From Candidatus Hadarchaeota archaeon (GTDB lineage: Archaea > Hadarchaeota > Hadarchaeia > Hadarchaeales > JAGGTB01): a DNA stretch of 64,000 bases. Position 1 is the first letter of the stretch. Each line of letters starts with the position of its first letter. The translations under genes were made by a program, and so were the position numbers. Of the stretch, positions 10,479 through 19,702 are shown in pieces. Below the pieces are notes generated by a model that ran no database searches, was not told the origin of the DNA, and saw only the letters and a program-made list of their open reading frames with translations. Location: assembly GCA_964384105.1 (NCBI GenBank), contig CAYLJV010000002.1, positions 96,001 through 160,000 on the forward strand, written 5' to 3'.

Positions 10479-11240
10479 ATGAAGGAGATAGAGCCAGACC
10501 ACCCCCGAGCGGAGTCACTTAGAATAAGAAAGAAAATAGCTGAAGGTTTCAAAAAAGAACTAGTAACTCCCGAAGGGCTATCCGCCCATGGTCGAGGTGA
10601 AGCCTTCGACTATCTGCTTGGAGAGAAAACTACAGAATGGGCAAAAAAAGCAATAAGAGCAGGAGCCGCAAAAATACTCCTAGCAAAAGAGCCAGTTTTT
10701 TCTGTGAATGGAAATGTTGCTGCACTAGTTCCAAAAGAAATAGCAAAACTGGAGAAAATAATCGATGTCAAAATCGAAGTCAACCTTTTTCATAAATCCA
10801 AAAATCGAGCGAAGAGAATAGCAAAGCACCTAAAGAAAAATGGTGTTTCTAAAGTACTAGGTATAGATAAAGAACATTACACCTCGATTCCCGAAATAAA
10901 AAGTCATAGAAAAACAGTCGATAAGAGAGGTATAAAGAAAGCGGATTTGATTCTGGTACCACTAGAAGATGGAGACCGAAGCGAAGCACTGAAAAAAATA
11001 GGAAAAACGATAGTTACAGTAGACCTAAATCCACTATCTCGAACTGCCAAAGCTGCGGACGTTACAATCGTGGACAACGTAGTCAGGACACTACCAGCGC
11101 TGATCAAAGAAATAAATGAACTAAAAGACTACCCCCGAGAAAAACTTGAAGATATTTATGATAATTTTGATAATGAAAAAAATCTGAAATCTATGATCAA
11201 AAATATACTGAATCGATTAGAGGAACTCTCGGGAGTCTAG
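10479..11240 (+). CDS. Phosphopantothenate synthetase (4-phosphopantoate--beta-alanine ligase)
   Basis: HPRAESL, AHGRGEAFDYLLGE, SVNGN, VPLEDGDR, DLNPLSRT motifs. Confidence 0.92.
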   Translation: MKEIEPDHPRAESLRIRKKIAEGFKKELVTPEGLSAHGRGEAFDYLLGEKTTEWAKKAIRAGAAKILLAKEPVFSVNGNVAALVPKEIAKLEKIIDVKIEVNLFHKSKNRAKRIAKHLKKNGVSKVLGIDKEHYTSIPEIKSHRKTVDKRGIKKADLILVPLEDGDRSEALKKIGKTIVTVDLNPLSRTAKAADVTIVDNVVRTLPALIKEINELKDYPREKLEDIYDNFDNEKNLKSMIKNILNRLEELSGV

Positions 11241-13694
11241 TTAATCTTTTTTGGATTCTCTTATCTCTCTAAGAATTCTAGAAGTCGTCTCCTTTGGATT
11301 TGAAGAATTATAGATAGCACTACCTACAACACATATATCTGCTCCTGCCTTTGCTACTTCCTTAGCAACTCCCTCTTTGATACCACCAGCAACCGCTAGT
11401 TTAAAATCTCCAGCAATTTTCCTAGCTTCGGCCAGCAGCTTTTTCTTTTCATAAATCCCTCGTCCCTTAAGCTGCTCACTGATTCCCCTATGAATACAGA
11501 AAATAACCCGATCTTCATAGCCCTTCAACTCCTTAACAAGTTCACTCAACTTCTCTAAAGGATCAGAACAATCTATAAAATCTATCAGAATAGCTCCATC
11601 ACGCTGGACCGACTCACTCAGGGCTTCTGTTATTTTGTTTTTACCCCCAATTGCCAGAACAGCAGAAATATCTGCGCCAGGCCTAAAAGCAATCCTAGCC
11701 TCTAAACCACCAACATCCATCGTCTTGAGATCAGCCAAAATCAAAGCTTCTGGCGCAACTTCCCGTAAAGGAGGAATAAGATTATCCACTCCATGTCTTT
11801 TAATCGCCGGAGTACCCGCCTCGATTATACGTGCGCCTGCCTCATAAGACTGTTCAGCAATCTCACAGATTGTATCTATGTCAGCATCCATATCAAGTGC
11901 TACCTGAACTTGAGGATAGTTTATCCTATCTAGAGGACTAACGAACACATCTATTTTCTCAAACTTTTTGGGCTCACATAGAGGAACACCCTCTATCGGA
12001 ACACCATTTTCAGCCCACCCTCTCTCCTCATAATACTTTTTCAGCAAATCACCCAGATCAACCTCAAAACCCTCAGGTAACACATCTTGATCGTAATCAA
12101 ATCCCTCTCGAGCATTGAAAAGCCGTTCTAAAGTATAGATCCGAGAACCAATTTCTTTAAGATCCTCATTACTCCACTCAAATCCCGTCAGAGCAGAAAG
12201 AAGATTGGCGATATCGTCGAGTTCATAGTCAATCGTTGAAAAGAGAGCAATCCCATGAAATTTGCAAGCAATCATGCTGTCGTAAACCGCATAAGCATCC
12301 TGCATTTTTTTGACGAGTTCGGGTTTTCCTTCCTCCTTAGCCGGATCAACGAATTCCGGATTACTAATTATTTCGGGTAAGATCGTAAAGGCTCGCAAAT
12401 GGCAACCGCCTCTATTAGAAGTGGCATAAGCGAGGGCTATACCTTTAGCCCCTCTAGGATCATAAGCAGGTATTTCAAGTCCCTTGACATGAAAGGCTCT
12501 ATCTTCTTTTCCAAACTCCTCCGCAGCTTTAGCTACTCCCTTCGAAAAGACTGTCTTTCCTTTTCCAATATCTTTGATAAGCTTCTTAGCTTCCTTCAAG
12601 TCAGAAACTTCGCCTACTTCCCTTGCAAAACCAAGAATGTTCCCTACAGAAATGGTATCCAATCCAAATTCTTCACAAAGTTCTGACAGAGGCATGATCT
12701 CATTTTCGTAATCGTAGAAACCTGAATTTGGGCCGAGCATAGCAACCGATTCATACTCCGGCCCTTTCGTCTCCCCACTACCAATATTCACTATTCGTCC
12801 ACATCCAGTGGGGCAAGCGAAACACGCCTTCTGATCGGTTAGATACTCTTCATAAACCGTCTCCCCCGAAAAAGGATCTACCTGATCAAAATCCAACGGT
12901 TCACCCGAAAAATTATCCTTCGGAACCATCCCTGCAGCGGTTATCCTATGTACTAAAAGAGAAGTTCCAAATCTCGAGAGAGTCCCATCAGAACCGGTTA
13001 TAGGATTAGTTTTTACGGTCTGCTTAATCTTTTTTAGAACTTTGTTAAATTCTTCCTCGTGGGATATCTCCAAACTATTATTTCCCCTAACTACAATAGC
13101 CTTCAATTTCTTCGATCCCATCACCGCGCCCAAACCACCTCTACCAGCAGCGCGAGTCTCTGAAAGTAAACATGATACATTGACCAAATTTTCCCCAGCA
13201 GGGCCTATCTCAACCACTCTAGAATTCTTATAAGAATCTCTCAAACGCTTCTCAACATCCGAGGTTTTCTTACCCCAAAGCTCCGAAGCATCCTTCAAAG
13301 AAACATCTCCATCGTCGATAAGTAAATACATCGGGCCCTCCGATTTCCCTTCTATAATAACTCCATCAAAGCCTGCCTTCTTTAGGTACGCTCCAAAAGA
13401 CCCACCCATAGAGCAGTCAAAAATCGTTCCAGTTAGAGGAGACTTAGAACATATAGATATCCTACCAGCACCAGGAAAAGTGGTTCCAGTGAGAGGACCG
13501 GTCATGAAAATTAATTTATTTTCTTCAGAAAGAGGATCCACATTAGCCTCTAGTTCATCGTAAAGAACACTACATCCGTATCCTCTACCACCCAGATAGT
13601 TGTATGCTCTCTTTTCATCCAAATTTTCGACTTCAATTTTCTTATCAGCAAGATTAACTCTCAGAACCTTACCTACATATCCACCTAGTTTCAT
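11241..13694 (-). CDS. Aldehyde:ferredoxin oxidoreductase (W-pterin AOR family) fused to a C-terminal 3-hexulose-6-phosphate synthase domain
   Basis: AOR part: KSPLTG, GRGGLGAVMGSKKLKA, CFACPTGC, GPEYE, GLDTIS, YDPRG, RGGCHL. HPS part (~11241-11920): QVALD, IEAGTP, ADLKTMDVG, IHRG, VAGGI, VVGSAI. One uninterrupted frame. Confidence 0.9.
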   Translation of the reverse strand: MKLGGYVGKVLRVNLADKKIEVENLDEKRAYNYLGGRGYGCSVLYDELEANVDPLSEENKLIFMTGPLTGTTFPGAGRISICSKSPLTGTIFDCSMGGSFGAYLKKAGFDGVIIEGKSEGPMYLLIDDGDVSLKDASELWGKKTSDVEKRLRDSYKNSRVVEIGPAGENLVNVSCLLSETRAAGRGGLGAVMGSKKLKAIVVRGNNSLEISHEEEFNKVLKKIKQTVKTNPITGSDGTLSRFGTSLLVHRITAAGMVPKDNFSGEPLDFDQVDPFSGETVYEEYLTDQKACFACPTGCGRIVNIGSGETKGPEYESVAMLGPNSGFYDYENEIMPLSELCEEFGLDTISVGNILGFAREVGEVSDLKEAKKLIKDIGKGKTVFSKGVAKAAEEFGKEDRAFHVKGLEIPAYDPRGAKGIALAYATSNRGGCHLRAFTILPEIISNPEFVDPAKEEGKPELVKKMQDAYAVYDSMIACKFHGIALFSTIDYELDDIANLLSALTGFEWSNEDLKEIGSRIYTLERLFNAREGFDYDQDVLPEGFEVDLGDLLKKYYEERGWAENGVPIEGVPLCEPKKFEKIDVFVSPLDRINYPQVQVALDMDADIDTICEIAEQSYEAGARIIEAGTPAIKRHGVDNLIPPLREVAPEALILADLKTMDVGGLEARIAFRPGADISAVLAIGGKNKITEALSESVQRDGAILIDFIDCSDPLEKLSELVKELKGYEDRVIFCIHRGISEQLKGRGIYEKKKLLAEARKIAGDFKLAVAGGIKEGVAKEVAKAGADICVVGSAIYNSSNPKETTSRILREIRESKKD

Positions 13695-13828
13695 TTGAAG
13701 ACCATCTCTATTGATAAAATAACCCAATAAATAATTATTATTCTACTAATAAACTCTGAGTCTCTATATTGGCAATACTTTAAGAGCTGAAAAGAGTTGA
13801 GTAAAAAACAGACAAAAGGTTACCCAAA

Positions 13829-14677
13829 ATGAATAAAGATAAGATAACAGTACAAAATTTCCAAAAAATGAAGGAAAATAAAGAAAAAATCTCAATGTTA
13901 ACTGCTTACGATTATCCAACAGCAAAGTTAATCGAAGAATCAAATATAGAAGCAGTTTTGGTAGGCGATTCACTGGGAAATATAATTCTGGGCTATAAAA
14001 ACACCCTTCCTGTAACTCTAGAGGACATATTGCATCACACAAAAGCCGTAGCAAGAGGGATAGACCATTCCATGCTAATCGCAGATATGCCTTTTAACTC
14101 GTACCAAAGCAGTACAGAAGAGGCTATAAAAAACGCTGGTAAACTCATAAAGGAGGGAAATGCCGAAGCAATCAAGATAGAAGGAGGAAAAGAATCCCTT
14201 AAACAGATAAAAGGAATTTTAGAAACCGGCATCCCTGTAATGGGACATTTAGGCTTAACACCCCAAAAAATACTCCAGTTTGGGGAATACAAAGTTCGAG
14301 GAAAAACAGGAAAAGAAGCCTATAGGATTTTTGAAGAAGCCAAAATGCTGGAGGAAGCTGGTGTGTTCAGCCTAGTTTTAGAAGCTATACCCTGGGAACT
14401 AGGAGAAATAATAACCAAAAACCTTGAAATTCCTACTATTGGAATCGGTGCAGGTCCACACTGTGACGGTCAAATATTGGTTCTTCATGACATTTTAGGA
14501 CTTAGCAGTTTTTCTCCAAAATTTGCCAAAAAATACGCAGATTTAAATTCATCAATAAAGAAAGCTGTTAAAAATTTCTCAGAAGAAGTAAAAGATAAAA
14601 AATTCCCAGATTCAAAACACACATACAGTATGAAAGAAGAAGAATTCAAGAAATTTAAAGAATTGATCAAAAAATAG
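13829..14677 (+). CDS. panB: 3-methyl-2-oxobutanoate hydroxymethyltransferase
   Basis: MLTAYD, LVGDSLG, ADMPF, KIEGG, GHLGLTPQ, IGIGAG motifs. Confidence 0.96.
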   Translation: MNKDKITVQNFQKMKENKEKISMLTAYDYPTAKLIEESNIEAVLVGDSLGNIILGYKNTLPVTLEDILHHTKAVARGIDHSMLIADMPFNSYQSSTEEAIKNAGKLIKEGNAEAIKIEGGKESLKQIKGILETGIPVMGHLGLTPQKILQFGEYKVRGKTGKEAYRIFEEAKMLEEAGVFSLVLEAIPWELGEIITKNLEIPTIGIGAGPHCDGQILVLHDILGLSSFSPKFAKKYADLNSSIKKAVKNFSEEVKDKKFPDSKHTYSMKEEEFKKFKELIKK

Positions 14678-14775
14678 GTATTTTTTAAGTAAATACAAGC
14701 TCTAAACAACGAATTTTAAATAAATTCAAGTTCACGTTTAATCTGTACGAATATCCCATTAGGAGGTGAATATGT

Positions 14776-14970
14776 ATGGCTGAACTTCCAAAAGCAACAA
14801 TCAAAAGAGTTTTCACAGACGCTGGAGCTGAGAGAGTTTCCGGAGATGTTCCCGACGCAGTAAATAAGATAGTAGAAGAAATAGCAAAAGGTGCAATTAA
14901 ATCATGCGAAGCAGACGGACGAAAAACGGTTAGTGCTGATGATTTAAGACTAGTCGTAGTGGTACAATAG
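14776..14970 (+). CDS. Archaeal histone-fold protein (atypical)
   Basis: MAELPKATIKR, AGAERVS and GRKTVSADD motifs; strong AGGAGGTGA Shine-Dalgarno upstream. Confidence 0.9.
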   Translation: MAELPKATIKRVFTDAGAERVSGDVPDAVNKIVEEIAKGAIKSCEADGRKTVSADDLRLVVVVQ

Positions 14971-15011
14971 GAAATTAATAACTAATTTTTTGTTTTTATC
15001 AAAAACCTATC

Positions 15012-15407
15012 TTAAAAACTTCTTTTATCTACAATTTTTTTCCTATTCAGAGACTCTACATATTCCACTTCATCTCCCTCTTCAACTTCGCCTCTAAGCT
15101 CCAGAGGAATTGGGAGTTCAAAAGTTTCATAAGTAGAAAGATCCATAAGCTGAGCACTATCCCTGATTATCGCTACTATCTGGGCGTTTTTACTTTCAAC
15201 CTCTGGTACTGTAACCTCATCATCCAAATTCTTTACCATAGTCCTTTTTTGGCCATCGAAAAGACCCTCAACATATACCTTTTCTTTCTTCGGATCGCTA
15301 CTCTTAGTTGACGAGGAGGTCTTTTTTGTAATTACACAGGGGTCGCCATTAACAACTATATACTCTCCGACTTTAAGATCTCCAATCTTTGCTTTTTGTT
15401 TTGCCAT
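15012..15407 (-). CDS. Translation factor aIF5A/eIF5A homolog with degenerate hypusine loop
   Basis: LKVGEYIVVNGDPC, EGLFDGQKR, QLMDLSTYETFE and EGDEVEY match aIF5A; the KPGKHG motif is absent. Confidence 0.85.
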   Translation of the reverse strand: MAKQKAKIGDLKVGEYIVVNGDPCVITKKTSSSTKSSDPKKEKVYVEGLFDGQKRTMVKNLDDEVTVPEVESKNAQIVAIIRDSAQLMDLSTYETFELPIPLELRGEVEEGDEVEYVESLNRKKIVDKRSF

Positions 15408-15501
15408 GAAAACACCATTTTCCTTTGTTAAGAACTTCTTTAAATCCTTAGCAAAAAAACTTACTACTAGCTTTACAGTAAAATTTAACGGAGATATTTA
15501 G

Positions 15502-16302
15502 ATGAAAATCGGTATAGTTTCTCGATTGGATTCACAAAAAGCTCTTGACCTGGCCGCAGAAATAGAAAATTTTCTTTCAGAAGAGGAGGTCTTTTTAGAA
15601 AAGGGACTAGCGGAAAAGCTCGGAAAAGAAAAAACATCTATAGAAGAAATGAATGTAGACTCAATAATAACGGTAGGTGGTGATGGAACTGTTCTATACA
15701 CCCTTCAAAGATCTCCGGAAACACCGATATTAGGAATTAATATGGGAGGAATGGGGTTTTTAGCAGACGTTAAACCCGCTGAGTCCTACGATGCCATCGA
15801 AAAACTCACTAGAGGACAGTTAAAAATAGTTGAAAGAGAGCGACTCGCAGTGGAAATATCTGGAGAACAACTAGCCATAGCCCTGAACGAGGGGGTAATA
15901 AGATCCCAAGAACCAAGCAGAATTCTCTCTTTTAGCGTTAGCATAGACGGAGAAGAAGTAGAAAAGAATAGAGGAGACGGTATAATAGTCGCTACTCCAA
16001 CTGGAAGCACAGCCTACGCTATGTCCGCCGGGGGCCCTATACTTGACCCCAAAGTGAAAGCATTTGTAGCAGTTCCTTTGAATACCCACAGATTAAGAGC
16101 CATGCCCCTAGTATATCCAATGTCCTCCACACTTCAAATCAAACTCCTAGAATCAAAAAGAAAAGCAGACGTTACAGTAGACGGACAAGTAACTAAAGAA
16201 GCAGACCAAGACGACGTAATAAGTTTCAAACATTCAGATAAGAGCGCAAAATTTTACGATTGGAATGAAAATCTCTATAAAAAGATCGGGGAGAAATTTT
16301 AA
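15502..16302 (+). CDS. nadK: NAD(+) kinase
   Basis: GGDGT, GINMGGMGFL, LNE, GDGIIVATPTGSTAYAMSAGGP motifs. Confidence 0.95.
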   Translation: MKIGIVSRLDSQKALDLAAEIENFLSEEEVFLEKGLAEKLGKEKTSIEEMNVDSIITVGGDGTVLYTLQRSPETPILGINMGGMGFLADVKPAESYDAIEKLTRGQLKIVERERLAVEISGEQLAIALNEGVIRSQEPSRILSFSVSIDGEEVEKNRGDGIIVATPTGSTAYAMSAGGPILDPKVKAFVAVPLNTHRLRAMPLVYPMSSTLQIKLLESKRKADVTVDGQVTKEADQDDVISFKHSDKSAKFYDWNENLYKKIGEKF

Positions 16303-16303
16303 A

Positions 16304-16798
16304 TTGGAAGAAAAAGTCCTAGTTCCGGATACTTCAGCCCTAATTGCCGGATTCACACCTAGCCTAGAAAAAAGAAAACAATACATAGTTCCAAAAGTTC
16401 TAGATGAAGCACGGAGTATGCCTTTAAAATTAAAACTTGAAACGGCAATGAACTCAGGACAGGTGAGGATGCAACAACCTTCTCAAGAGTTCGTAGAAAA
16501 GGTAGAAAATAAAGTCGAAAAAACCAAGGATCACGTTTCTCCTACCGATATCCAAATATTGGCCTTAGCCAAAGAACTACAAAAAGCTGGAAAGGACCCA
16601 GAAATAATAACCGATGACTATGCGATTCAAAATCTCGCCGAGCTACTGAATATAAAATACTCACATGTAGCCAAACCAGGAATAAGTGAAGTATATGAAT
16701 GGGAAAGAAAATGCCTTGCATGTGGAAGAAGATACAGTGAAGATATAGAAAAATGCAGAATCTGTGGATCTAAACTAATAAGGAAACCAAAGGACTAA
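16304..16798 (+). CDS. nob1: Nob1-family endoribonuclease (PIN domain plus Zn ribbon)
   Basis: DTSALI, SPTD, TDDYAIQN, CLACG...CRICGS; probable TTG start. Confidence 0.88.
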   Translation: MEEKVLVPDTSALIAGFTPSLEKRKQYIVPKVLDEARSMPLKLKLETAMNSGQVRMQQPSQEFVEKVENKVEKTKDHVSPTDIQILALAKELQKAGKDPEIITDDYAIQNLAELLNIKYSHVAKPGISEVYEWERKCLACGRRYSEDIEKCRICGSKLIRKPKD

Positions 16799-17826
16799 GA
16801 TTCCCAAGTTTTAGAGAGTTTTATACCTGACCATGCTATTCCGGTAGCGCTGAAGAGACTAGTAAACCAGAAAGAAACACCCCTATCCAAAAGAGCAGCA
16901 CTTAAGGCCACACCAGCCGGTACCCCCGCCGCTTTAAATATAACGATATATGCTCCTTCTACTACCCCCAAACCCCCGGGTATGGGAACTATTTGAAGAA
17001 CCAACCCGAGAGTGAGTGCCAATACCACGGTAACTAGAGAAACGGGCTCACCCAGAGCCAAAAAAACTATCCACATACGCAATATAGATAAAAACCAGTA
17101 TATACTTGAAAGAGCGACCGCAGGACCTGCATACCTCTTATTACCAAGTATGCGCGGGGATCCTTCTGCAAATCCTTCCATAAACTCTTCTACTTTTCTC
17201 TCCACATACTCAATAGGCCTAAATTTAGTAATTATTCTCCTCAATTTTTGAATGAGCCACTGGATAAAGCTCTTAGCGGGTTTAGGGCGAATAGAAACAT
17301 ACAAAAAAGCGATTAGCACTATTATCACAAAAATAGACGTGATTAAAAGTACTATCGTCAAATACAGAGATATATCCCAAATGAAAATGGCTGTAGAGAG
17401 AGAAGCGAGTATAATAAAGATAAATGGTATCCCATCAACCGCCCTATCCGCAACAACTGTAGCAAAACTCTTTCCAATCGGAACTTCACCAAGCTCAGAG
17501 AACATATACGCTCTTAGGGGGTCTCCACCAACATTGCCGCTTGGAACCACCGTATTCACGAAAATACCGGACAAAAGAATAGGAAACATTCTCCTCGCTC
17601 CAACATTCAAACCAATCGCTTGAGTAAGAATCTTCCACTTAGAAAGCCAGATCATAATAGCCAAGACCTGAACTACAAAGGCCAAAGCATAGATAGAACT
17701 ATTTGTCTTGGAAATGGCCTCCAATATTCTGTCGATACCAGTAATCAGAGTTAGCGCAAAAATGATGACTACTCCGATCAAAAAAAACGGAATGGCCTTT
17801 TTAAGAGAGAAACGCGAATCGAACAC
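16795..17826 (-). CDS. Flippase-like membrane protein (UPF0104 / LPG-synthase TM family)
   Basis: Multi-pass hydrophobic; PSGNVGGDPLR, DR, PGGLGVVE motifs. Confidence 0.82.
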   Translation of the reverse strand: MFDSRFSLKKAIPFFLIGVVIIFALTLITGIDRILEAISKTNSSIYALAFVVQVLAIMIWLSKWKILTQAIGLNVGARRMFPILLSGIFVNTVVPSGNVGGDPLRAYMFSELGEVPIGKSFATVVADRAVDGIPFIFIILASLSTAIFIWDISLYLTIVLLITSIFVIIVLIAFLYVSIRPKPAKSFIQWLIQKLRRIITKFRPIEYVERKVEEFMEGFAEGSPRILGNKRYAGPAVALSSIYWFLSILRMWIVFLALGEPVSLVTVVLALTLGLVLQIVPIPGGLGVVEGAYIVIFKAAGVPAGVALSAALLDRGVSFWFTSLFSATGIAWSGIKLSKTWES

Positions 17827-17896
17827 AGTTATCCCTATCCATTTAATCTTAAAAAACGCTTAAAAGCTCCTACCATTAATCAAGATATGGAAGCAA

Positions 17897-18607
17897 ATGG
17901 ACCTTTTTAAAATCGGTTTTATTCCCATAGGTGGAAAAAAGGAAGAGAAAACATTCGAAATCCTAGTAGTACTCTCCAAAACTGTAGTGAAATGTGTAGA
18001 AAAATTCCGAGATGGAGTAAACGAATTCTCTAAAAACAATCTTGAGAAAGGTCGGGAAATATTAAGTGAAGTGGAGAAACTCGAATCAGAAGCAGACGAA
18101 CACAACTTTAAGTTCAAGTCCAGACTAGGCGGGGGAGCATTTCTTCCCACTTACAGAGGAGACCTATCAAAACTCTCCGAGTCCATTGACGACATAGCAG
18201 ATGTGGCAGAAAGATCAATTAGAGAAATAAACCGAAGGCCTCGAGTATTTGAAGATCTTAAAAAAGCCGAAAAGAAAAACGAAAAAGCAGAATTTCTCAG
18301 ACTAGGACTCGTAGATCTGGCCGAGAAAGCAGTAAAATCCACAAGGGCGCTAGACAAAGCCACCTCTGTCCTTATGAAAAATATGGACGAAGCAGCGAAA
18401 AGAGCAGAAGGAATTCACAAACGAGAACAAGAATCAGATAGAAAAGAAAACGAACTAGCAATGGAGCTTTATAAGCACGAAGATTTATTGAACCCCATAA
18501 CCGTGATGCAAATAAAAGAATTAATCAAGAGCTTTGGTCAGATATCGGACGCAGCTGAAGATTCCGGAAATATACTTTCCGCAATGGTATATTCAATAAA
18601 AGCTTGA
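17897..18607 (+). CDS. DUF47 / PhoU-like phosphate transport regulator
   Basis: LESEAD...FLPTYRGD...IDDIAD and second repeat EQESD...ISDAAED; adjacent to a PiT gene. Confidence 0.87.
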   Translation: MDLFKIGFIPIGGKKEEKTFEILVVLSKTVVKCVEKFRDGVNEFSKNNLEKGREILSEVEKLESEADEHNFKFKSRLGGGAFLPTYRGDLSKLSESIDDIADVAERSIREINRRPRVFEDLKKAEKKNEKAEFLRLGLVDLAEKAVKSTRALDKATSVLMKNMDEAAKRAEGIHKREQESDRKENELAMELYKHEDLLNPITVMQIKELIKSFGQISDAAEDSGNILSAMVYSIKA

Positions 18608-18625
18608 ATTACAACTTATCGAATC

Positions 18626-19654
18626 CTAAAATACAACAAAAGAAATCCAACCAAAGAAAAAGGAGAGTGCTGCAGCAACTAGTGGTGTTACAATCCAAGT
18701 CAATGCTATTCGGCCAACTTTACCCTTACTCACAGTAGCCAAACCCTTTACAAGCCCTACTCCTATTATACCACCTACTATCGCCTGAGAAGTCGAAACA
18801 GGGATTCCAAACTGATTAAAACTCCAAACGGTGATAGCAGCTCCTATCTGGGCCGAAGAAGCGGTAATAGAATCCAACCTCGTTATCCCGAAACCTACAG
18901 TCTGCATAACCCTGCGACTATATGTCACAGCTCCGACAATTAAGGCAACGCCGCCGAATAATGCTACGACTTGATGAGACCAAATTGCCTGTTTCCCTAA
19001 AACAACGCTTAGAACCCCCATTCCCGCACCAACATCGTTAGTTCCTAAAGTATATGCCGTGAAACAACCGGCCACTACGGAAAGAAAGCCAAAAACCCGA
19101 TTAATAGTTATGAGATTTTTTATCCAAGATAAGGCACTTGAAAAAATTCTATAGAAGATAAAAGCCAGCGCAATGGCACCTAAAGGTGATAATATCCAGC
19201 TCAAGGCTATAGTTCCTAGTCTACCGAATTGAACACTCGCAGTAGTTCCATTTATCGGACCAAGAACAGATATTAAAATCCCGGACCCCATAACCGCCCC
19301 CAATATCGACTGAGACGTAGAAACGGGGAACCCAAAAGTTGTTGCTATAGTAACCCATATCCCCGCCGCTAGTAATGTAAGAATAGCTATTAGCGGGAGC
19401 TGAGATAGAGGGTTACTCTCTCCAGGAGGTGGCACTATAATATCTTCACCAATCGTCTTCATAACCGCTCCACCTTCCAAGACGGCACCCAAAATAACGA
19501 ATATAATGAGTATCAGGATCGCTTTTCTGTAACTTAGGACACCACCACCCACTGGCGCTCCCATCGCATTAGCCGCATCATTAGCACCGATGTTCCATGC
19601 TAGGTAGAACCCCACTAACAAGGAGAGCCACAGAATATAATCGATTAAAACCAC
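18626..19654 (-). CDS. PiT-family inorganic phosphate transporter
   Basis: GANDAANAMG, GTNDVG and two PVSTSQ motifs. Confidence 0.93.
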   Translation of the reverse strand: MVLIDYILWLSLLVGFYLAWNIGANDAANAMGAPVGGGVLSYRKAILILIIFVILGAVLEGGAVMKTIGEDIIVPPPGESNPLSQLPLIAILTLLAAGIWVTIATTFGFPVSTSQSILGAVMGSGILISVLGPINGTTASVQFGRLGTIALSWILSPLGAIALAFIFYRIFSSALSWIKNLITINRVFGFLSVVAGCFTAYTLGTNDVGAGMGVLSVVLGKQAIWSHQVVALFGGVALIVGAVTYSRRVMQTVGFGITRLDSITASSAQIGAAITVWSFNQFGIPVSTSQAIVGGIIGVGLVKGLATVSKGKVGRIALTWIVTPLVAAALSFFFGWISFVVF

Positions 19655-19702
19655 CTAATCATATTACCAAACAAAAATTCTAACCTTAGAAAGGATAAAA
19701 AT

